Assembly (NCBI GenBank): GCA_905261645.1
Contig: CAJNOV010013844.1
Coordinates: 24,157 to 34,867 of the forward strand
Direction of reading: 5' to 3'
From: Rotaria magnacalcarata
Taxonomy: Eukaryota
Length of the DNA: 10,711 nucleotides
Shown here: one piece after another, positions 1 to 8,600 of the stretch
Numbering within the stretch: the stretch's first letter is position 1
Layout of the letters: each line of letters starts with the position of its first letter
The notes under the pieces: generated by a model
The model's input: only the letters and a program-made list of their open reading frames with translations
What the model was told of the DNA's origin: nothing
The model's database searches: none
Made by a program: the position numbers and the translations under genes

Positions 1-2
1 AT

Positions 3-72
3 GACCTTCATGGGAATCGAACCCATATCTTCTGCTATCCGGGCAGATGTACTACCGTTATACTAGAAAGCG
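3..72 (-). tRNA. tRNA-like sequence, possibly a tRNA pseudogene
   Basis: The reverse complement CGCTTTC TA GTAT AACGGTA GTAC A TCTGC CCGGATA GCAGA AGAT ATGGG TTCGATT CCCAT GAAGGTC folds as a cloverleaf. It has perfect 5-bp anticodon and T stems, a T-loop TTCGATT and a D-arm with one GT pair. The acceptor stem has one C-C mismatch and two G-U pairs, and the loop CCGGATA lacks U33, so it may be degenerate. Confidence 0.5.
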
Positions 73-88
73 CATCTAAATCATCGTC

Positions 89-118
89 TAGCGTTAGTGT
101 GATCCAACATTAACGCTA
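89..118. repeat. Short perfect hairpin, 12-bp stem and 6-nt loop
   Basis: TAGCGTTAGTGT-gatcca-ACATTAACGCTA; all 12 positions pair, counting one G-U. Confidence 0.7.
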
Positions 119-170
119 ACACCAGCTTCTCTTTATTTCAGTTCCAAACACTTTGTCTATTTTTCAAAAG

Positions 171-2337
171 ACACTCACTACGTTAAATCTTCATGGCAAT
201 GATATTGGAGATGAAGGAGCAGAAAAACTGGCTGATTGTTTGCGAAATAATACGGTGATCATTTCTTTCGTGTCAGTTGTCTTCTAGACATGTTCTTTTT
301 TTCTTTTGGGCATAGATACTCACCACGCTCAATCTTGGCTCTAATCACATTGGACTGACAGGAACACGACACTTGGCTGATACGTTAGGCAGTAATACGG
401 TAAGTAATGGCATTCTTTTAGTCTTCTTTCACACATTTCATCCCGCTTCAACTAGGCACTAGTTTCTTTTAATCTATCTTATGGATGCCTCTTCTCCGTT
501 CGAAATAGACACTCACTACACTAACGGGTGGGCCATAAATAATGGCGGTCTTCGTATTTTCTTAATATACTCTTCAGTTTTCGTCGATTCTGACTGAACG
601 CTTTCTCAGAAGATTCAGCGTTCAATTCTGTACAAAACCATATTCAAATGAACGTCACAAACATAAAAGTAAAAAAGCTATTGCTGTAATACTATGGCCA
701 GGCAAAACCAACAACTTTCAAACGCAAAATACGACTGTCCTGTGTTTGTTTGTTTGCACGTAGAACTATATAGACAAATATGGACAAATTGTACTATCCA
801 TTTTGTAGAGTTTCAAAAGCTCTATCTTATTACTATGTTCATGAATTTTCATAACGAAAGCTTATTGCATAGAATAAGCGTTAAATAAACGCTACTATTT
901 TTTTTTAATTAGGAAAATTCAGTTTTTTATCTCAAACAAAAAGAAGCTTAATCAACCCTCATTTTACATACTAAAGTATTGCTGTGAAAATTCTCGAATA
1001 TAACAGTAAGATGGAGCTTTTGAAGCGCTACCAAATTGATAGTGCAATTTATCAAAATTTGTCCATGTTGTTTGATATCATAACAAACATACAGGACAAC
1101 TGTATTTTGCGTTTGAAAATTGTTTATATTGTATGTCGACAGTATTACTAATTTAAGCATTTTTTTCCGTTTATCTCTATGATACTCATTTGTAAAGAAA
1201 TTTGTAGAGAATTAAATGCTGAATCTTTTGAAAAAAACGTTTAGTCCGAAACCATGAAAATAGAAAGAGATATTGAGGAAATAGTGAGAAGGTTATTTAT
1301 TCTGCCCCACATCGTGGAAGTACTTTTGAAAGTTGTTGGTGTTGCCTGGTCATAGTATTACAGCAATAGCTTTTTTACTTTTATGTTTGTGCCGTTCATT
1401 TGTATATGGTTTTGTACAGAATTGAACGCTGAATCTTCCGAGAAAACGTTCAGTCAGAATTGACGGAAACTGAAGAATATATTAAGAAAATACGAAGACC
1501 GTCATTGTTTATGGTCCACCTGTTAGATCTTCAGTTAAACAGGACCGGATTCACGGGTGCAAAATATTTAGCTAAAGCTTTATTGGTTAATAAGGTTATC
1601 ACTGGTTTCTTCTTACTCATCTTACACACATAATATTTCTTTATGAAATATAGACATTAACAACATTAAATCTGAACCAAAATAATATAGGAGACGAAGC
1701 AACAGCAAATTTAGCTGATGCTTTAAAAATCAATGCGGTGATCTATAGTTTCTTTCGAGTCGTATTTGAAATTATTCATCACTTTTTTCTAAATAGACAC
1801 TTACTACGCTAGATCTTTGCGCTAACAGGATCGGATCCACGGGTGCAAAGTATTTAGCTGAAGCTTTATTGGTTAATAAGGTTATCACTGGTTTCTTCTT
1901 ACTCATCTTACACACATAATATTTCTTTATGAAATATAGACATTAACAACATTAAATCTGAACCAAAATAGTATAGGAGACGAAGCAACAGCAAATTTAG
2001 CTGATGCTTTAAAAATCAATGCGGTGATCTATAGTTTCTTTCGAGTCGTATTTGAAATTATTCATCACTTTTTTTCCAAATAGACACTCACCACATTGCT
2101 TCTGGATTACAATCAGATTTCAGACCAAGGAGTACAACACTTTATTGATGCTTTGCTAACCAACACAGTCAGTACTTATTCTCCTAGCTGAGCCGGCGAT
2201 TTGCATTATCATTTTTATAATAGACAATCATTTCATTGGGTTTGAATGGCTACCATTTTACAAGCAGCAATGGATATGTATATTACATAATGCTTTATGA
2301 AATGATCAAGAAAAACCAAGCACGCCGAACATCTTAA
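171..2337 (+). CDS. 3' portion of an RNI/NLRC3-like leucine-rich-repeat gene, one repeat per exon, interrupted by a transposable element
   Basis: Exons 171-254, 316-399, 509-523 joined to 1526-1594 (split by the element), 1654-1737, 1797-1880, 1940-2023, 2084-2167, and a candidate last exon 2224-2337 ending in TAA. Each internal exon is 84 bp and follows AG, precedes GT and encodes 28 aa: TLTTLNLHGNDIGDEGAEKLADCLRNNT; ILTTLNLGSNHIGLTGTRHLADTLGSNT; TLTTLDLQLNRTGFTGAKYLAKALLVNK (restored); TLTTLNLNQNNIGDEATANLADALKINA; TLTTLDLCANRIGSTGAKYLAEALLVNK; TLTTLNLNQNSIGDEATANLADALKINA; TLTTLLLDYNQISDQGVQHFIDALLTNT. Probably disrupted by the insertion unless it is spliced out. Confidence 0.87.
524..722 (+). 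repeat. Left terminal inverted repeat of the 1000-bp element
   Basis: Matches the reverse complement of 1325-1523 at about 93%. Confidence 0.92.
1325..1523 (-). repeat. Right terminal inverted repeat of the 1000-bp element
   Basis: Matches the reverse complement of 524-722 at about 93%. Confidence 0.92.
1511..2083 (+). repeat. Tandem duplication of a two-exon LRR unit, offset 286 bp (about 1526-1796 and 1812-2083)
   Basis: The copies share two LRR exons and two introns. Introns 1595-1653 and 1881-1939 look identical. Exons 1654-1737 and 1940-2023 differ at one base (AAT versus AGT). Confidence 0.93.
2224..2337 (+). CDS. Candidate terminal exon of the LRR gene
   Basis: Follows TAG acceptor with the same spacing and phase and reads TIISLGLNGYHFTSSNGYVYYIMLYEMIKKNQARRTS*. 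Starts like a degenerate LRR. Confidence 0.55.
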   Translation, partial: TIISLGLNGYHFTSSNGYVYYIMLYEMIKKNQARRTS

Positions 2338-2439
2338 GCATAGTCTTGGAAAGAGTTACTTGCTATAGACGCTCTTAAATTCATAACGAAAATCGTGTTT
2401 CGGGACTTTGTTTTGTTTTACGCGTAAAATAAATCATAC

Positions 2440-2577
2440 TACCCATGTAATAAAAACCGCATGAAAATCGGCGGTTAACCGCGATTTTACCGGTCCGGTT
2501 ACCGGCTCCCATTACCGCAGAACGGATAAATACCGCGGTTTACCGCAAAAAATGATCCGGTATTCGCAACATGGGTA
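2440..2577. repeat. ACCGC/CGGTT-rich segment with short inverted ends, possibly a small MITE-like element
   Basis: TACCCATGT at 2440-2448 is inverted as ACATGGGTA at 2569-2577. The inside is dense in CCGC, CGGT and ACCG words against an AT-rich background. Confidence 0.45.
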
Positions 2578-2994
2578 ATTTTTATCATAATTGCGATGCT
2601 AACTTTTCAGAAATGAACTAAATAGTGGTAATTGGCAATGTTCAATTGCATATTTGTTATAAGTTTGCGTTAGTAGTATGAAGTTGGAATTTTGTCATAC
2701 GAGCTAGTGCCGGATATGTTTAATGGTTTTACTTCAATAGTATTCACAGCAGCTTTGTATATTGTTCTTTAGTCTAATTTTAGAAACTCTAGTGACCATA
2801 CAAAATTATTGATCAAAGCAGGTTTACATGTTTTATGAATGGTTGCGGATTGGACTAACTTCAGATTTCATAATTAAAGGTATCCATATACGCTTTAGTG
2901 TTTGAATTTAAAGAACATTCTTCAGAGGCTTCAAATAGAGGCCTTGCAAGAAAAATATTTCGTTCTCACGTTCGCTTTCTTTGATAATCGCATT

Positions 2995-3082
2995 GAGGGT
3001 GTGGGTGTTTGTGTGTGGCTGTTGCTTTGGTCTAATCAGTGATAAAAGGCGAGTCACACCCTCACACCGCACACCCACACCC
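2995..3082. repeat. Degenerate telomere-like repeat block, G-rich arm then C-rich arm
   Basis: GAGGGTGTGGGTGTTTGTGTGTGG at 2995-3018 and CACACCCTCACACCGCACACCCACACCC at 3055-3082. Confidence 0.6.
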
Positions 3083-4658
3083 AAGATTTTACCTAAGGCA
3101 CACAACTATAAGGTATATAATGGCATATTTTTTTATAAAACAACTGAAGAATAATTTACTGTGTACCGATAAATATTTATTTTGAACTGATCGACAGATT
3201 ACTGGTGTTTCAAGTAGAATTGAGGATTTCACAAATTATTTTTTTTGTAATTAGCAACACAAATGCCAGAATAGTTTTGCAATAATGACAAAATTTTAAA
3301 AATAAACTCGCCTGTCTTATTTCTCTTTAAAAAAATCACAAAAATAATTCCTGAAAACGAAAATTTTAATTTTTAGTCTTCTCTCTGAAATAGAGAAAAC
3401 AAGAAAATTCTTTTAACAGTTGTTGTATATATAGAGAGAGTGCAATTGTCTTCTTAATATGAGGTAATCTAAATGACTCATTGCTCATTTTCCATTAGTA
3501 AACGAGTGTTTCAAAGAATTTCTGAAACATTGATGTACGTAGTTAGTACTTTCAACTTAATGAATAAATTTCAAATATCTCAAATCTTGACATGAATAGA
3601 TATCTGAAGATCATATTAATGTTACATTAACAAATTATTTCTTAGGATTATTTTACTAAACGATTGAAAAGGTTCAATTAATAATTTTTCCGTTAGACTA
3701 GGGATACATCAATTTTAATGCTTAGAATCGGTAACAATATATACAGGTTATGTTCAAAATCATGAACTGTCACAAGAATATCAATCATCTTGCACTAATG
3801 ACCGCATCAGTGTTCAATTGGCTAAATTCACGTTCCACTTCGACATTTGAATGAGTCAGCAAAAATATCAGCAAAACATTTACAAAAAAAACTGTGTATT
3901 TTAATAAAAGCAATGAGTTCAATTAAAAAGATATCTTTTTTAGTGTATAAATAAAAACAAGTGAAGGCTTTATGCTTATCAAATAAAGAAAAGAAATTTA
4001 ATAGATCTTTATTCGTTACAAAGTAAAGGTAAGTAAGTCTTTATCTCTATAAAATAAAGAAAATAAAAAGATGACAAAAAAAAGTATTCTTTCCCTTATT
4101 AGCGAATTGAAAAGAACCGGTACTACGTAGAAGAGGGTACACTGCAGTCATGTTCATACATCCTCTTATTAAAAGGATGGACAGAATCATAGAAAAAGGA
4201 GTTACGAATTTCATCTTCATTTCTGGTATTATTCACTTTAGATGAAGCAGCGTCCCCGAAGCCTCGTATGAAATCAAGCTAGAAAAAACGTTATCAATTC
4301 TTTATTTTACCTTTATTTTATAAATACAAACGACGGAATATCATTATACCGGATTGGAAAAAATGTTTTGCACGGGGGTATTGCTATGATTTTAAGTAGA
4401 AAACACACTGAATTTGATATCAGATGAAAGCCCGTAAAAAATGGTGTTTACTGATACTGAAAAACCAGAGTTGTTAATGGTATTGTCCGTTAAAATATCT
4501 AAATTGAAGAATTTGCACTAATCGCATGTATAAGAAAAGTTACTGTGGACCTAATGTTTGAGTTAAATGTCGTATAAAATTCTTTTTATTTTTTTATGTC
4601 AGGAATACAATCAGTAGTCAGTGTGACGACCTTTTGCGTTCTTCACTGCGCGCATTCG

Positions 4659-4798
4659 AGGGTGTGGGTGTGGGTGTCGGTCTGGGTATGGGTGTGAGTG
4701 TGTGGGTGATATGCAGATCATGAAACCACCCACACCAACCCACACCAACACCCACACCTCACACCCACACGCCCACACCCACACCCACACCCACACCC
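4659..4798. repeat. Telomere-like repeat block, head-to-head GGGTGT and ACACCC arrays
   Basis: GAGGGTGTGGGTGTGGGTGTCGGTCTGGGTATGGGTGTGAGTGTGTGGGTG, a short spacer, then CCACCCACACCAACCCACACC...CCACACCCACACCCACACCCACACCC. Confidence 0.75.
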
Positions 4799-5018
4799 AA
4801 ATTAATTGTTATTTTTATGTTTTAGTTCCATTCAACAAACAATTAAATGAAAACCAAAGCAAATAGAAGCACATAGTTTTCTCATGTAGCTTTTCATTTT
4901 TTTTGTAACTTTTTATTTTAAAATTTTTGAAATAAATATTTTTAAATAACTCAAAATTTTTTTCTCAATTTACTAATAAATTATTTCATTTAAATCATAA
5001 ATATTTTTATTTCAAGCA

Positions 5019-5160
5019 TAAATATTCTACGAAAATAACACAAATTTTATTTTCATTTCAGGAATAAAATATTTTCAAAGTAACAAATTAATCTTTTCAT
5101 TTAATAATGAATATTTTATGAAAAAAATAACAAATTCTTTTATTTAATTCATTTCTTTTC
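5019..5160. repeat. Degenerate AT-rich tandem repeat, period about 47 bp
   Basis: Three consecutive units of the form ATAAATATT..GAAAATAACACAAATTTTATTTTCATTTC, ATAAAATATTTTCAAAGTAACAAATTAATCTTTTCATTTAATAATGA and ATATTTTATGAAAAAAATAACAAATTCTTTTATTTAATTCATTTC. Confidence 0.45.
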
Positions 5161-5294
5161 ATTTAACAAATAAACAACAGAAGAAGAAAAGAAACATGAT
5201 ATAATCTTATATTTTAGCTTTTTTCTTTTCTTTGAAGAGAAAGAGAGTACAAGAAAATTTCTTTTTTTGTTCATTTATTTCAAAGTATGGAAAA

Positions 5295-5350
5295 GGGTGT
5301 GGGTCTAGCTTCCCCGTATTTTAGCCTGCACCCCCACCAACCCACACACA
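5295..5350. repeat. Short telomere-like block in the same head-to-head orientation
   Basis: GGGTGTGGGT at 5295-5304 and CACCCCCACCAACCCACACACA at 5329-5350. Confidence 0.45.
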
Positions 5351-5699
5351 AACATCAACGGATTGTCAACTGATTAGTTATTTTTCTTCTGTGCCGAACG
5401 AAAAAATCTGTCCGCTTTTATTAGGCGGTAGATGATGTTTGCAACAGTATGGAGTTCGATCGATCTTACTTTTTGTCGCAATATAGGTCTTCCTCTCGCA
5501 AGTGCACCATGCAATAGTATCACGTGTATGGAAAGAAAATAGTGTTGCTATTCTTCTCTTCCCTGTAGTCATAGATTTGATCGGAGTATATATGCATGAT
5601 ATATTTCATGTTTTAGTGAAAGTAGTGAAGCAAAGAAAACGAACGACAACATACAATGTGCTCATTGATATTTCATTGACTCGATTCTCCTTCATTTCT

Positions 5700-8600
5700 A
5701 TGAGGTTGTTTTACGCCTTCGTTGTTACTCTATGCGTCCTGAGCAGCTGTTTTAGTACCCTAAGCTTCTCACAAGCAAGGCGTGCTGATTTTCTCGCAGC
5801 GAGAGCTAAATGGGTCCACGAAAATATAGCAGTAGCTGCTTTGAAATTAGATGCAGCTATCATACCTAAATTCCAAAATCCCAAAGCACAAGGTATTTAT
5901 GAAATCTTGTTATATACAATTTTTATTTCATTGTAATCCATTCGATAGAATTATACGTGAATGGAACAACGATTCCTTATGTTACTTTCGATGTCGGTCC
6001 CTCGTGGGCTGGACTTTTGCCTATTAGCAATAGCACAAACGAAACGAGACAACTATTCTTCTGGTATTTTCCTTCCCAATCGGTAGACGGCACCAATGAT
6101 CTTGTGATCTGGATGAATGGAGGACCTGGCTGCTCGAGGTATCCTTCTTTTTCCTCTCTTCTCGTCAATCAGTCAGTGTTATTTTCTACCCTTAGTCTGG
6201 AAGGTTTATTGCAAGAAAACGGACCCTTCTTGTGGCAATGGGGTACTGCGCAGCCGATGCCTAATCCTTATGCTTGGAATACGCTGGCGAATGTTCTTTG
6301 GGTTGAACAACCAGTGGGCACAGGATTTTCTCAAGGCAAGCCCAGTATTCATGATGAAAATGAACTTGCGTAAGATCAGTCTGCCAAAATCATATTGACA
6401 AGAAGATTTTCTGTCTAGACAACAATTCTACGGCTTCCTCATTCAATTTTTCAATGTTTTCACCGAGATCAAGAACAATTCCATTTATCTGACTGGAGAG
6501 TCATACGCTGGATTCTACATGTGAGCTAAGTATCAAAATTAATGCATCTAAAGTGAAAAGGTTTTTGTCAAAGTTATTCAAAGATGTTAGTGAGATGTAT
6601 TTGTCAACTAACTTCTCTAAAATCATAAATTGATGGATTTTTCTCCTATTTTCAAACAAGAACAGGGAAAATTCCGCTGACGACAGATTCTTGTTAAATG
6701 ATGTCCGACACCTAGTACGTTCGTTAAAAAACCGGAGTTGATATTCTGTACGAAATTGATTGAATATAAATTACACAAAAAAGCCTTTCAGTGCAGCCTC
6801 TGACGGGAGTAAAACGCGGAACTCACATTCACACAGCAATTCTGACAAAGTAAAAATTTTGAATGTTCAGAAATCTCTTTCAAAAGCGGGAACAAATCGA
6901 ATCGAATCGAATGTGTATCTTCCTGTATCTGGTCATTTCGAATATTTTCTGAATTCGTTGATTGGCTAGGCGCTCTACGTTCTTCTCTCATTTGTATTTC
7001 CAGTTCAAATTTTGTTAGTCATTGCTTACTTACTTTTCATTCGATGCTCGCATTCATCCCTAGTATCCCTCATCGTTGAAATATGTAACTATTTGTTGGG
7101 GGTCTATTTTGAGGTGAAATGAGAACCAAAACTCGAAATTAGATACGTTTCTATAGCCCAACCCCTTTCACATAAAATTTTTCGACCTGTCTGACCCGAC
7201 TCGGTCACTAAGAGAAGATTATTTTTAAATATTTTGTCCAGAACTGGTCTTAAAGATAAAAGCAGTACTACGAAAAAATATCTTCTACAATACAACACCG
7301 ATCGATTGATAAATTTAATGACATCAGATCGTTGAAATGATAACAGAAAATTAGAAAAAAAGACATTATAATCATTGATGGATCATATGACATCTATGAA
7401 ATTTCATCGAAGAAAAAAATAGAATTTTTTCCGACCGATCCGTGCGAGGTCACTGGGTCGAACGGTGCTTGCCGAGCTCTGTTGTGCTCATTATTCTCCA
7501 AATTTTCACATGTCATTAAGGCCTGCTTAAGTACGAGTGATTAAATCGAACTGTTTTGGACATCATGATGAAGTCAGGATTTCACCTCAAGGTGAATTTG
7601 TTGTGGGTTGCGTTCACCCTAACCCACAAAATGGGTTCATTAAATATAGTCTTAAATTCTCTCCGGGTCGTCTGAGCCTCCCTTTCCCGTCCTAGGTCGA
7701 TCGTTATTTGACATCTCAGAATGTTTCCTCTGAAGATGCGTACTGCTTTGTGATTCTAAGGTATTAATCTGAAGAATTCGATTTTCACATTGCATTAGGA
7801 AAACACTTCACCGTTTAGAGTTTATCTGCCTATGTCCAGTGATTCGTTTTTGAAACTGACTAAACAGTTTTCATACATTGGCGCTTAAAATTAATCATGA
7901 CAAAACTTGAAAAATGATTTATTCTCTCTAATATCTCAGTTTTCTTTCAAGATATAGAATTTTTATTATTGTCGAAATGTAACCTTGTTTCCATATTTTC
8001 TCTGATCAGAATATCAACTCTCTACGCTATATACTTACTGTGCTAGATCAGCAAGACTAGTAACGATATCCTTTGATTTCGATCAAACCCATCGTACGAT
8101 TCTCAGAAAAGTTAACGAGTTCCAATTGTTTTTCAATGAAAAAATTTCAAAGACGTCAATTTTGAGCACCACTGTATGTATGCTAAAATTTTCTACCATG
8201 TAGGAAAAGCCACCTCAGATAAATGGATTTTTTCCTTAGCAGACGGCATTATTGTTCAGAGCACAGGGCTTGTGTGGAAACATTTGGCACTCGTTGCAAA
8301 ATGCACTTAGGTAGAAGGCTCAAAAGTTGAGTTCCAAGGTAAAAATGGAGGTTCCACCAAATCCAATAGGTTTCGCACAGATTTAATTACAACGTTGACT
8401 GTGTAAATCTCTGTGACTGTGTGTTGTCTTTCTCGTTCAATGACACTTACATGATTTACATAACTTTGAATTGATTAAAAACAGTGAACGTCAGTATTTT
8501 ACGTTTTGAAAAAGCCTCCCAAACTTTAACGAGGACATAAAACAAGTGCATTCTATGGGACACACTATTTTTTTCATTGTCTTAAAAGTGTTACACTGTA

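Larger units (their letters stand above)
524..1523. mobile_element. Non-autonomous fold-back DNA transposon-like element, 1000 bp, with TA target-site duplication (Tc1/mariner-like target choice)
   Basis: Inverted repeats 524-722 and 1325-1523 are 199 bp each, align without gaps and differ at about 13 positions. Ends are ACGGGTGGGCCATAAA and ACAGGTGGACCATAAA. Flanked by TA (522-523 and 1524-1525). Excision restores an 84-bp LRR exon. No transposase-like ORF seen. Confidence 0.93.

Noticed and set aside
694-1160. ORFs 694-888 (+) and 948-1160 (-) encode similar peptides (..FVCLHVELYRQIWTNCTIHFVEFQKLY.. and ..YVCYDIKQHGQILINCTINLVALQKLH..)
   Set aside because: They are opposite arms of the same palindromic element, so the similarity comes from the inverted DNA repeat. 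Nothing indicates a protein under selection.
1511-2083. Regular direct repeats that might suggest a CRISPR or phage-defence repeat array
   Set aside because: The repeats are LRR exons and introns of a eukaryotic gene; there are no short palindromic repeats with unique spacers.
2908-3105. Minus-strand ORF of 65 aa
   Set aside because: Runs through the telomere-like repeat block; low-complexity translation with no family signature.
4130-4250. Possible minus-strand exon reading VNNTRNEDEIRNSFFYDSVHPFNKRMYEHDCSVPSST
   Set aside because: An open stretch of only about 37 codons, with no clear splice context or known family.
4611-4796. Minus-strand ORF of 61 aa, MWVWVWVWACGCEVWVLVWVG
   Set aside because: Direct translation of the (GGGTGT)n/(ACACCC)n tract, not a believable gene.
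5502-5699. N-terminal extension of ORF 5502-5936
   Set aside because: The extension looks like ordinary upstream sequence, and the methionine at 5700 begins a good signal peptide, so 5700 is the preferred start.
6895-6912. ATCGA-type microsatellite (about three units)
   Set aside because: Too short to be meaningful.
6760-7298. ORFs 6760-6969 (+), 6788-6991 (-) and 7104-7298 (-)
   Set aside because: Short, overlapping or non-coding-like ORFs in the long intron without domain signatures or splice support.
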